Source: Camelus dromedarius (Eukaryota). Taken from it: 64,000 bases of DNA. Shown piece by piece: positions 8,309-21,100 of this stretch (its first letter is position 1; the number at the start of each line of letters is the position of its first letter). The translations under genes were made by a program, and so were the position numbers. The DNA lies in NCBI RefSeq assembly GCF_036321535.1, contig NC_087472.1, forward strand, positions 94,056,001-94,120,000, given 5' to 3'. The notes under the pieces were generated by a model. The model did not search any database and was not told the origin of the DNA. It saw nothing but the letters and a program-made list of their open reading frames with translations.

Positions 8309-9164
8309 GTGAGGCGTCTTCTCCCCGGTAAAGCTGAGCGCCAACAGGATGCAGCCGCTGCTGCTTTGTGGAGGCTTCAGGTACATCTCCCCACCACTTG
8401 GGGAGGACGCAGAAGGGCACCGAGCGCCCCAGTAAGTCAGCGTGCTGGGATGTGCGGCGGGGCCGTCACAGCCCGAATCCCTGCCTGGCCCTGGCTTGCT
8501 GAAAGCGACAGCTCGGTTCATGGGAGGGTCTGTCCCCGACGCTCCGGAGTGCCGTCCCGTCGTCAAGCGAGGTGCTCCTCCATCGGGCCCGGGACCTGCC
8601 CGAAAGCGGTCAGAAGGTTTTCGGGGCGATGTTTTCGTCTCCATCCAGAGCTACGGAAAACTTGAGCTGGGACCAGTGCAAAGAAGCCTGGGAGAGGGTT
8701 CTCCACGGCAGCAACGGGCTCCACCCTCATGGCAGCATAAAGGGGTCAGCTTCCCCCCTTGTTGCAAGCCGAGGGCCAGAGGCTTGTGACTTTTGCCCCC
8801 GTGTGCCGAGCTCAGCGGGACGCTCATCGCAGACCCGCTGACTGAGTGAGTGAACTTCCCCCTGTGAGCAAAAGCAGCTCCCCCGGGCCGTTCCCTAGCG
8901 CAGAGGTGTTTGCTGCAAGTTGGGCTCCCCCTACGCAGCGGAGATAGTCCTTCCTCAGAGCTGTCTGTGGTAGGGAGCAGGAGGTCACAGAGCCAGAGGC
9001 AGCTGAAGGAAGGCCCACCCTTGGCGGTGTCTGCATGCGCAGTGAGCTTCCAGCGAGTGCTGGCAAGAAGGGGCGTTGGCGGCTCTTGGGGTGTCAGAAA
9101 GCCCGGGACCAAGAGGAGAACCTATGGATTCCAAGCAACGCAGTGAGTGTTGTGTGACTTTGAC

Positions 9165-9173
9165 GGGGGGGGG
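9165..9173 (+). repeat. Length-variable poly-G tract (G9-G15), one per unit from unit 2 onward
   Basis: ctttgac(G)n tggtcc; n inferred from unit spacing and checked directly in unit 2. Confidence 0.9.
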
Positions 9174-12100
9174 TGGTCCTCATCCGTTGCCCCTCATCCC
9201 GCTTGTGGAAACAGGATGGCTGGGGCCTCCTGGACTCCCAGCAGTTAGGATTCCCTACCTGTGAAGTGGTGCTTGTCTGTGCACTTGAGTCCGTGTATTG
9301 TGACCTCAATGCTGCTGTTTTGAGTCCCACCCTCTGATGCCCAGGGATGCAGCCTGAGGGGCCCCCATGAGAAGGAGGACACCATGAGGAGGAAAGCAGC
9401 ACGGAGAAATCGGCAAATTGAATCCTGCACATTCCACGGTGTGGCGTCGGGCTGACTTTCAGGAATGCCGGAAGAGCGGGATGGTTCCTGAGAATCTCTC
9501 GACCAGGCAGGAGGTCTGGGCGGGTGGGTGCGACCCCGCCGCTCTAGAGGGTGCCCAGGTCTTGCTGATGAGGAGGCCGCAGTTTGGGAACAACCACTCT
9601 CCTGCGTCGCTTAAGGTCAGCACGTGCCAGGGACCGATTTGCTCTTCTGATGAGCAGGGAGTAAGTTAGCAAAAGCTGCAGAACGTAAAGCAACGGAACA
9701 AACCAAACGGTTCGGGTTTCAGTTGACGGAGGTCTGTCGGGTAAGTCTGGGCCCGTTGGCCCTGTCGGTACTGGCAGTTCAAAGGTGAGGACTGTGTGGC
9801 GGACTGCACGGGTGAGTAAGTGCTGTAGACAGCTCAGTCTCCTTTGAGCACGTTGGCGGGCGACGGAGCGTTGGGCAAGGGAATAATAGTACTGCCAGCT
9901 ATTCCGTGTGGGCCGGGACAGGCGCTAAGGGCTTTTGTTTCTCCTGTCCTTTCAGAGTCACCCGTGAGGCAGGTGCGGAAACGTTCCCCGTCTCGCGGTA
10001 GAGACACCGAGGGTCAGAAATCGCCTTCGTCAGGCGCGGGGGGAGCAGCCGGGCGAGCTGCGGATGGACACGAGACGAACGGACCCAGACGTGTGCTGTT
10101 GAAGGCGAGGAAGAGGAGGCTTCCCACCGGATGGAGGTGTGTGGGCTGTGTGTTCCGGGCAGGTGAGGCGTCTTCTCCCCGGTAAAGCTGAGCGCCAACA
10201 GGATGCAGCCGCTGCTGCTTTGTGGAGGCTTCAGGTACATCTCCCCACCACTTGGGGAGGACGCAGAAGGGCACCGAGCGCCCCAGTAAGTCAGCGTGCT
10301 GGGATGTGCGGCGGGGCCGTCACAGCCCGAATCCCTGCCTGGCCCTGGCTTGCTGAAAGCGACAGCTCGGTTCATGGGAGGGTCTGTCCCCGACGCTCCG
10401 GAGTGCCGTCCCGTCGTCAAGCGAGGTGCTCCTCCATCGGGCCCGGGACCTGCCCGAAAGCGGTCAGAAGGTTTTCGGGGCGATGTTTTCGTCTCCATCC
10501 AGAGCTACGGAAAACTTGAGCTGGGACCAGTGCAAAGAAGCCTGGGAGAGGGTTCTCCACGGCAGCAACGGGCTCCACCCTCATGGCAGCATAAAGGGGT
10601 CAGCTTCCCCCCTTGTTGCAAGCCGAGGGCCAGAGGCTTGTGACTTTTGCCCCCGTGTGCCGAGCTCAGCGGGACGCTCATCGCAGACCCGCTGACTGAG
10701 TAAGTGAACTTCCCCCTGTGAGCAAAAGCAGCTCCCCCGGGCCGTTCCCTAGCGCAGAGGTGTTTGCTGCAAGTTGGGCTCCCCCTACGCAGCGGAGATA
10801 GTCCTTCCTCAGAGCTGTCTGTGGTAGGGAGCAGGAGGTCACAGAGCCAGAGGCAGCTGAAGGAAGGCCCACCCTTGGCGGTGTCTGCATGCGCAGTGAG
10901 CTTCCAGCGAGTGCTGGCAAGAAGGGGCGTTGGCGGCTCTTGGGGTGTCAGAAAGCCCGGGACCAAGAGGAGAACCTATGGATTCCAAGCAACGCAGTGA
11001 GTGTTGTGTGACTTTGACGGGGGGGGGTGGTCCTCATCCGTTGCCCCTCATCCCGCTTGTGGAAACAGGATGGCTGGGGCCTCCTGGACTCCCAGCAGTT
11101 AGGATTCCCTACCTGTGAAGTGGTGCTTGTCTGTGCACTTGAGTCCGTGTATTGTGACCTCAATGCTGCTGTTTTGAGTCCCACCCTCTGATGCCCAGGG
11201 ATGCAGCCTGAGGGGCCCCCATGAGAAGGAGGACACCATGAGGAGGAAAGCAGCACGGAGAAATCGGCAAATTGAATCCTGCACATTCCACGGTGTGGCG
11301 TCGGGCTGACTTTCAGGAATGCCGGAAGAGCGGGATGGTTCCTGAGAATCTCTCGACCAGGCAGGAGGTCTGGGCGGGTGGGTGCGACCCCGCCGCTCTA
11401 GAGGGTGCCCAGGTCTTGCTGATGAGGAGGCCGCAGTTTGGGAACAACCACTCTCCTGCGTCGCTTAAGGTCAGCACGTGCCAGGGACCGATTTGCTCTT
11501 CTGATGAGCAGGGAGTAAGTTAGCAAAAGCTGCAGAACGTAAAGCAACGGAACAAACCAAACGGTTCGGGTTTCAGTTGACGGAGGTCTGTCGGGTAAGT
11601 CTGGGCCCGTTGGCCCTGTCGGTACTGGCAGTTCAAAGGTGAGGACTGTGTGGCGGACTGCACGGGTGAGTAAGTGCTGTAGACAGCTCAGTCTCCTTTG
11701 AGCACGTTGGCGGGCGACGGAGCGTTGGGCAAGGGAATAATAGTACTGCCAGCTATTCCGTGTGGGCCGGGACAGGCGCTAAGGGCTTTTGTTTCTCCTG
11801 TCCTTTCAGAGTCACCCGTGAGGCAGGTGCGGAAACGTTCCCCGTCTCGCGGTAGAGACACCGAGGGTCAGAAATCGCCTTCGTCAGGCGCGGGGGGAGC
11901 AGCCGGGCGAGCTGCGGATGGACACGAGACGAACGGACCCAGACGTGTGCTGTTGAAGGCGAGGAAGAGGAGGCTTCCCACCGGATGGAGGTGTGTGGGC
12001 TGTGTGTTCCGGGCAGGTGAGGCGTCTTCTCCCCGGTAAAGCTGAGCGCCAACAGGATGCAGCCGCTGCTGCTTTGTGGAGGCTTCAGGTACATCTCCCC

Positions 12101-15100
12101 ACCACTTGGGGAGGACGCAGAAGGGCACCGAGCGCCCCAGTAAGTCAGCGTGCTGGGATGTGCGGCGGGGCCGTCACAGCCCGAATCCCTGCCTGGCCCT
12201 GGCTTGCTGAAAGCGACAGCTCGGTTCATGGGAGGGTCTGTCCCCGACGCTCCGGAGTGCCGTCCCGTCGTCAAGCGAGGTGCTCCTCCATCGGGCCCGG
12301 GACCTGCCCGAAAGCGGTCAGAAGGTTTTCGGGGCGATGTTTTCGTCTCCATCCAGAGCTACAGAAAACTTGAGCTGGGACCAGTGCAAAGAAGCCTGGG
12401 AGAGGGTTCTCCACGGCAGCAACGGGCTCCACCCTCATGGCAGCATAAAGGGGTCAGCTTCCCCCCTTGTTGCAAGCCGAGGGCCAGAGGCTTGTGACTT
12501 TTGCCCCCGTGTGCCGAGCTCAGCGGGACGCTCATCGCAGACCCGCTGACTGAGTGAGTGAACTTCCCCCTGTGAGCAAAAGCAGCTCCCCCGGGCCGTT
12601 CCCTAGCGCAGAGGTGTTTGCTGCAAGTTGGGCTCCCCCTACGCAGCGGAGATAGTCCTTCCTCAGAGCTGTCTGTGGTAGGGAGCAGGAGGTCACAGAG
12701 CCAGAGGCAGCTGAAGGAAGGCCCACCCTTGGCGGTGTCTGCATGCGCAGTGAGCTTCCAGCGAGTGCTGGCAAGAAGGGGCGTTGGCGGCTCTTGGGGT
12801 GTCAGAAAGCCCGGGACCAAGAGGAGAACCTATGGATTCCAAGCAACGCAGTGAGTGTTGTGTGACTTTGACGGGGGGGGGTGGTCCTCATCCGTTGCCC
12901 CTCATCCCGCTTGTGGAAACAGGATGGCTGGGGCCTCCTGGACTCCCAGCAGTTAGGATTCCCTACCTGTGAAGTGGTGCTTGTCTGTGCACTTGAGTCC
13001 GTGTATTGTGACCTCAATGCTGCTGTTTTGAGTCCCACCCTCTGATGCCCAGGGATGCAGCCTGAGGGGCCCCCATGAGAAGGAGGACACCATGAGGAGG
13101 AAAGCAGCACGGAGAAATCGGCAAATTGAATCCTGCACATTCCACGGTGTGGCGTCGGGCTGACTTTCAGGAATGCCGGAAGAGCGGGATGGTTCCTGAG
13201 AATCTCTCGACCAGGCAGGAGGTCTGGGCGGGTGGGTGCGACCCCGCCGCTCTAGAGGGTGCCCAGGTCTTGCTGATGAGGAGGCCGCAGTTTGGGAACA
13301 ACCACTCTCCTGCGTCGCTTAAGGTCAGCACGTGCCAGGGACCGATTTGCTCTTCTGATGAGCAGGGAGTAAGTTAGCAAAAGCTGCAGAACGTAAAGCA
13401 ACGGAACAAACCAAACGGTTCGGGTTTCAGTTGACGGAGGTCTGTCGGGTAAGTCTGGGCCCGTTGGCCCTGTCGGTACTGGCAGTTCAAAGGTGAGGAC
13501 TGTGTGGCGGACTGCACGGGTGAGTAAGTGCTGTAGACAGCTCAGTCTCCTTTGAGCACGTTGGCGGGCGACGGAGCGTTGGGCAAGGGAATAATAGTAC
13601 TGCCAGCTATTCCGTGTGGGCCGGGACAGGCGCTAAGGGCTTTTGTTTCTCCTGTCCTTTCAGAGTCACCCGTGAGGCAGGTGCGGAAACGTTCCCCGTC
13701 TCGCGGTAGAGACACCGAGGGTCAGAAATCGCCTTCGTCAGGCGCGGGGGGAGCAGCCGGGCGAGCTGCGGATGGACACGAGACGAACGGACCCAGACGT
13801 GTGCTGTTGAAGGCGAGGAAGAGGAGGCTTCCCACCGGATGGAGGTGTGTGGGCTGTGTGTTCCGGGCAGGTGAGGCGTCTTCTCCCCGGTAAAGCTGAG
13901 CGCCAACAGGATGCAGCCGCTGCTGCTTTGTGGAGGCTTCAGGTACATCTCCCCACCACTTGGGGAGGACGCAGAAGGGCACCGAGCGCCCCAGTAAGTC
14001 AGCGTGCTGGGATGTGCGGCGGGGCCGTCACAGCCCGAATCCCTGCCTGGCCCTGGCTTGCTGAAAGCGACAGCTCGGTTCATGGGAGGGTCTGTCCCCG
14101 ACGCTCCGGAGTGCCGTCCCGTCGTCAAGCGAGGTGCTCCTCCATCGGGCCCGGGACCTGCCCGAAAGCGGTCAGAAGGTTTTCGGGGCGATGTTTTCGT
14201 CTCCATCCAGAGCTACGGAAAACTTGAGCTGGGACCAGTGCAAAGAAGCCTGGGAGAGGGTTCTCCACGGCAGCAACGGGCTCCACCCTCATGGCAGCAT
14301 AAAGGGGTCAGCTTCCCCCCTTGTTGCAAGCCGAGGGCCAGAGGCTTGTGACTTTTGCCCCCGTGTGCCGAGCTCAGCGGGACGCTCATCGCAGACCCGC
14401 TGACTGAGTGAGTGAACTTCCCCCTGTGAGCAAAAGCAGCTCCCCCGGGCCGTTCCCTAGCGCAGAGGTGTTTGCTGCAAGTTGGGCTCCCCCTACGCAG
14501 CGGAGATAGTCCTTCCTCAGAGCTGTCTGTGGTAGGGAGCAGGAGGTCACAGAGCCAGAGGCAGCTGAAGGAAGGCCCACCCTTGGCGGTGTCTGCATGC
14601 GCAGTGAGCTTCCAGCGAGTGCTGGCAAGAAGGGGCGTTGGCGGCTCTTGGGGTGTCAGAAAGCCCGGGACCAAGAGGAGAACCTATGGATTCCAAGCAA
14701 CGCAGTGAGTGTTGTGTGACTTTGACGGGGGGGGGGTGGTCCTCATCCGTTGCCCCTCATCCCGCTTGTGGAAACAGGATGGCTGGGGCCTCCTGGACTC
14801 CCGGCAGTTAGGATTCCCTACCTGTGAAGTGGTGCTTGTCTGTGCACTTGAGTCCGTGTATTGTGACCTCAATGCTGCTGTTTTGAGTCCCACCCTCTGA
14901 TGCCCAGGGATGCAGCCTGAGGGGCCCCCATGAGAAGGAGGACACCATGAGGAGGAAAGCAGCACGGAGAAATCGGCAAATTGAATCCTGCACATTCCAC
15001 GGTGTGGCGTCGGGCTGACTTTCAGGAATGCCGGAAGAGCGGGATGGTTCCTGAGAATCTCTCGACCAGGCAGGAGGTCTGGGCGGGTGGGTGCGACCCC

Positions 15101-18100
15101 GCCGCTCTAGAGGGTGCCCAGGTCTTGCTGATGAGGAGGCCGCAGTTTGGGAACAACCACTCTCCTGCGTCGCTTAAGGTCAGCACGTGCCAGGGACCGA
15201 TTTGCTCTTCTGATGAGCAGGGAGTAAGTTAGCAAAAGCTGCAGAACGTAAAGCAACGGAACAAACCAAACGGTTCGGGTTTCAGTTGACGGAGGTCTGT
15301 CGGGTAAGTCTGGGCCCGTTGGCCCTGTCGGTACTGGCAGTTCAAAGGTGAGGACTGTGTGGCGGACTGCACGGGTGAGTAAGTGCTGTAGACAGCTCAG
15401 TCTCCTTTGAGCACGTTGGCGGGCGACGGAGCGTTGGGCAAGGGAATAATAGTACTGCCAGCTATTCCGTGTGGGCCGGGACAGGCGCTAAGGGCTTTTG
15501 TTTCTCCTGTCCTTTCAGAGTCACCCGTGAGGCAGGTGCGGAAACGTTCCCCGTCTCGCGGTAGAGACACCGAGGGTCAGAAATCGCCTTCGTCAGGCGC
15601 GGGGGGAGCAGCCGGGCGAGCTGCGGATGGACACGAGACGAACGGACCCAGACGTGTGCTGTTGAAGGCGAGGAAGAGGAGGCTTCCCACCGGATGGAGG
15701 TGTGTGGGCTGTGTGTTCCGGGCAGGTGAGGCGTCTTCTCCCCGGTAAAGCTGAGCGCCAACAGGATGCAGCCGCTGCTGCTTTGTGGAGGCTTCAGGTA
15801 CATCTCCCCACCACTTGGGGAGGACGCAGAAGGGCACCGAGCGCCCCAGTAAGTCAGCGTGCTGGGATGTGCGGCGGGGCCGTCACAGCCCGAATCCCTG
15901 CCTGGCCCTGGCTTGCTGAAAGCGACAGCTCGGTTCATGGGAGGGTCTGTCCCCGACGCTCCGGAGTGCCGTCCCGTCGTCAAGCGAGGTGCTCCTCCAT
16001 CGGGCCCGGGACCTGCCCGAAAGCGGTCAGAAGGTTTTCGGGGCGATGTTTTCGTCTCCATCCAGAGCTACGGAAAACTTGAGCTGGGACCAGTGCAAAG
16101 AAGCCTGGGAGAGGGTTCTCCACGGCAGCAACGGGCTCCACCCTCATGGCAGCATAAAGGGGTCAGCTTCCCCCCTTGTTGCAAGCCGAGGGCCAGAGGC
16201 TTGTGACTTTTGCCCCCGTGTGCCGAGCTCAGCGGGACGCTCATCGCAGACCCGCTGACTGAGTGAGTGAACTTCCCCCTGTGAGCAAAAGCAGCTCCCC
16301 CGGGCCGTTCCCTAGCGCAGAGGTGTTTGCTGCAAGTTGGGCTCCCCCTACGCAGCGGAGATAGTCCTTCCTCAGAGCTGTCTGTGGTAGGGAGCAGGAG
16401 GTCACAGAGCCAGAGGCAGCTGAAGGAAGGCCCACCCTTGGCGGTGTCTGCATGCGCAGTGAGCTTCCAGCGAGTGCTGGCAAGAAGGGGCGTTGGCGGC
16501 TCTTGGGGTGTCAGAAAGCCCGGGACCAAGAGGAGAACCTATGGATTCCAAGCAACGCAGTGAGTGTTGTGTGACTTTGACGGGGGGGGGGGGTGGTCCT
16601 CATCCGTTGCCCCTCATCCCGCTTGTGGAAACAGGATGGCTGGGGCCTCCTGGACTCCCAGCAGTTAGGATTCCCTACCTGTGAAGTGGTGCTTGTCTGT
16701 GCACTTGAGTCCGTGTATTGTGACCTCAATGCTGCTGTTTTGAGTCCCACCCTCTGATGCCCAGGGATGCAGCCTGAGGGGCCCCCATGAGAAGGAGGAC
16801 ACCATGAGGAGGAAAGCAGCACGGAGAAATCGGCAAATTGAATCCTGCACATTCCACGGTGTGGCGTCGGGCTGACTTTCAGGAATGCCGGAAGAGCGGG
16901 ATGGTTCCTGAGAATCTCTCGACCAGGCAGGAGGTCTGGGCGGGTGGGTGCGACCCCGCCGCTCTAGAGGGTGCCCAGGTCTTGCTGATGAGGAGGCCGC
17001 AGTTTGGGAACAACCACTCTCCTGCGTCGCTTAAGGTCAGCACGTGCCAGGGACCGATTTGCTCTTCTGATGAGCAGGGAGTAAGTTAGCAAAAGCTGCA
17101 GAACGTAAAGCAACGGAACAAACCAAACGGTTCGGGTTTCAGTTGACGGAGGTCTGTCGGGTAAGTCTGGGCCCGTTGGCCCTGTCGGTACTGGCAGTTC
17201 AAAGGTGAGGACTGTGTGGCGGACTGCACGGGTGAGTAAGTGCTGTAGACAGCTCAGTCTCCTTTGAGCACGTTGGCGGGCGACGGAGCGTTGGGCAAGG
17301 GAATAATAGTACTGCCAGCTATTCCGTGTGGGCCGGGACAGGCGCTAAGGGCTTTTGTTTCTCCTGTCCTTTCAGAGTCACCCGTGAGGCAGGTGCGGAA
17401 ACGTTCCCCGTCTCGCGGTAGAGACACCGAGGGTCAGAAATCGCCTTCGTCAGGCGCGGGGGGAGCAGCCGGGCGAGCTGCGGATGGACACGAGACGAAC
17501 GGACCCAGACGTGTGCTGTTGAAGGCGAGGAAGAGGAGGCTTCCCACCGGATGGAGGTGTGTGGGCTGTGTGTTCCGGGCAGGTGAGGCGTCTTCTCCCC
17601 GGTAAAGCTGAGCGCCAACAGGATGCAGCCGCTGCTGCTTTGTGGAGGCTTCAGGTACATCTCCCCACCACTTGGGGAGGACGCAGAAGGGCACCGAGCG
17701 CCCCAGTAAGTCAGCGTGCTGGGATGTGCGGCGGGGCCGTCACAGCCCGAATCCCTGCCTGGCCCTGGCTTGCTGAAAGCGACAGCTCGGTTCATGGGAG
17801 GGTCTGTCCCCGACGCTCCGGAGTGCCGTCCCGTCGTCAAGCGAGGTGCTCCTCCATCGGGCCCGGGACCTGCCCGAAAGCGGTCAGAAGGTTTTCGGGG
17901 CGATGTTTTCGTCTCCATCCAGAGCTACGGAAAACTTGAGCTGGGACCAGTGCAAAGAAGCCTGGGAGAGGGTTCTCCACGGCAGCAACGGGCTCCACCC
18001 TCATGGCAGCATAAAGGGGTCAGCTTCCCCCCTTGTTGCAAGCCGAGGGCCAGAGGCTTGTGACTTTTGCCCCCGTGTGCCGAGCTCAGCGGGACGCTCA

Positions 18101-21100
18101 TCGCAGACCCGCTGACTGAGTGAGTGAACTTCCCCCTGTGAGCAAAAGCAGCTCCCCCGGGCCGTTCCCTAGCGCAGAGGTGTTTGCTGCAAGTTGGGCT
18201 CCCCCTACGCAGCGGAGATAGTCCTTCCTCAGAGCTGTCTGTGGTAGGGAGCAGGAGGTCACAGAGCCAGAGGCAGCTGAAGGAAGGCCCACCCTTGGCG
18301 GTGTCTGCATGCGCAGTGAGCTTCCAGCGAGTGCTGGCAAGAAGGGGCGTTGGCGGCTCTTGGGGTGTCAGAAAGCCCGGGACCAAGAGGAGAACCTATG
18401 GATTCCAAGCAACGCAGTGAGTGTTGTGTGACTTTGACGGGGGGGGGGGTGGTCCTCATCCGTTGCCCCTCATCCCGCTTGTGGAAACAGGATGGCTGGG
18501 GCCTCCTGGACTCCCAGCAGTTAGGATTCCCTACCTGTGAAGTGGTGCTTGTCTGTGCACTTGAGTCCGTGTATTGTGACCTCAATGCTGCTGTTTTGAG
18601 TCCCACCCTCTGATGCCCAGGGATGCAGCCTGAGGGGCCCCCATGAGAAGGAGGACACCATGAGGAGGAAAGCAGCACGGAGAAATCGGCAAATTGAATC
18701 CTGCACATTCCACGGTGTGGCGTCGGGCTGACTTTCAGGAATGCCGGAAGAGCGGGATGGTTCCTGAGAATCTCTCGACCAGGCAGGAGGTCTGGGCGGG
18801 TGGGTGCGACCCCGCCGCTCTAGAGGGTGCCCAGGTCTTGCTGATGAGGAGGCCGCAGTTTGGGAACAACCACTCTCCTGCGTCGCTTAAGGTCAGCACG
18901 TGCCAGGGACCGATTTGCTCTTCTGATGAGCAGGGAGTAAGTTAGCAAAAGCTGCAGAACGTAAAGCAACGGAACAAACCAAACGGTTCGGGTTTCAGTT
19001 GACGGAGGTCTGTCGGGTAAGTCTGGGCCCGTTGGCCCTCTCGGTACTGGCAGTTCAAAGGTGAGGACTGTGTGGCGGACTGCACGGGTGAGTAAGTGCT
19101 GTAGACAGCTCAGTCTCCTTTGAGCACGTTGGCGGGCGACGGAGCGTTGGGCAAGGGAATAATAGTACTGCCAGCTATTCCGTGTGGGCCGGGACAGGCG
19201 CTAAGGGCTTTTGTTTCTCCTGTCCTTTCAGAGTCACCCGTGAGGCAGGTGCGGAAACGTTCCCCGTCTCGCGGTAGAGACACCGAGGGTCAGAAATCGC
19301 CTTCGTCAGGCGCGGGGGGAGCAGCCGGGCGAGCTGCGGATGGACACGAGACGAACGGACCCAGACGTGTGCTGTTGAAGGCGAGGAAGAGGAGGCTTCC
19401 CACCGGATGGAGGTGTGTGGGCTGTGTGTTCCGGGCAGGTGAGGCGTCTTCTCCCCGGTAAAGCTGAGCGCCAACAGGATGCAGCCGCTGCTGCTTTGTG
19501 GAGGCTTCAGGTACATCTCCCCACCACTTGGGGAGGACGCAGAAGGGCACCGAGCGCCCCAGTAAGTCAGCGTGCTGGGATGTGCGGCGGGGCCGTCACA
19601 GCCCGAATCCCTGCCTGGCCCTGGCTTGCTGAAAGCGACAGCTCGGTTCATGGGAGGGTCTGTCCCCGACGCTCCGGAGTGCCGTCCCGTCGTCAAGCGA
19701 GGTGCTCCTCCATCGGGCCCGGGACCTGCCCGAAAGCGGTCAGAAGGTTTTCGGGGCGATGTTTTCGTCTCCATCCAGAGCTACGGAAAACTTGAGCTGG
19801 GACCAGTGCAAAGAAGCCTGGGAGAGGGTTCTCCACGGCAGCAACGGGCTCCACCCTCATGGCAGCATAAAGGGGTCAGCTTCCCCCCTTGTTGCAAGCC
19901 GAGGGCCAGAGGCTTGTGACTTTTGCCCCCGTGTGCCGAGCTCAGCGGGACGCTCATCGCAGACCCGCTGACTGAGTGAGTGAACTTCCCCCTGTGAGCA
20001 AAAGCAGCTCCCCCGGGCCGTTCCCTAGCGCAGAGGTGTTTGCTGCAAGTTGGGCTCCCCCTACGCAGCGGAGATAGTCCTTCCTCAGAGCTGTCTGTGG
20101 TAGGGAGCAGGAGGTCACAGAGCCAGAGGCAGCTGAAGGAAGGCCCACCCTTGGCGGTGTCTGCATGCGCAGTGAGCTTCCAGCGAGTGCTGGCAAGAAG
20201 GGGCGTTGGCGGCTCTTGGGGTGTCAGAAAGCCCGGGACCAAGAGGAGAACCTATGGATTCCAAGCAACGCAGTGAGTGTTGTGTGACTTTGACGGGGGG
20301 GGGTGGTCCTCATCCGTTGCCCCTCATCCCGCTTGTGGAAACAGGATGGCTGGGGCCTCCTGGACTCCCAGCAGTTAGGATTCCCTACCTGTGAAGTGGT
20401 GCTTGTCTGTGCACTTGAGTCCGTGTATTGTGACCTCAATGCTGCTGTTTTGAGTCCCACCCTCTGACGCCCAGGGATGCAGCCTGAGGGGCCCCCATGA
20501 GAAGGAGGACACCATGAGGAGGAAAGCAGCACGGAGAAATCGGCAAATTGAATCCTGCACGTTCCACGGTGTGGCGTCGGGCTGACTTTCAGGAATGCCG
20601 GAAGAGCGGGATGGTTCCTGAGAATCTCTCGACCAGGCAGGAGGTCTGGGCGGGTGGGTGCGACCCCGCCGCTCTAGAGGGTGCCCAGGTCTTGCTGATG
20701 AGGAGGCCGCAGTTTGGGAACAACCACTCTCCTGCGTCGCTTAAGGTCAGCACGTGCCAGGGACCGATTTGCTCTTCTGATGAGCAGGGAGTAAGTTAGC
20801 AAAAGCTGCAGAACGTAAAGCAACGGAACAAACCAAACGGTTCGGGTTTCAGTTGACGGAGGTCTGTCGGGTAAGTCTGGGCCCGTTGGCCCTGTCGGTA
20901 CTGGCAGTTCAAAGGTGAGGACTGTGTGGCGGACTGCACGGGTGAGTAAGTGCTGTAGACAGCTCAGTCTCCTTTGAGCACGTTGGCGGGCGACGGAGCG
21001 TTGGGCAAGGGAATAATAGTACTGCCAGCTATTCCGTGTGGGCCGGGACAGGCGCTAAGGGCTTTTGTTTCTCCTGTCCTTTCAGAGTCACCCGTGAGGC

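Noticed and set aside
7255..9108. Imprinting control repeat or CRISPR-like array
   Set aside because: No ZFP57 TGCCGC hexamer seen on either strand; units are contiguous with no variable spacers, and the DNA is mammalian
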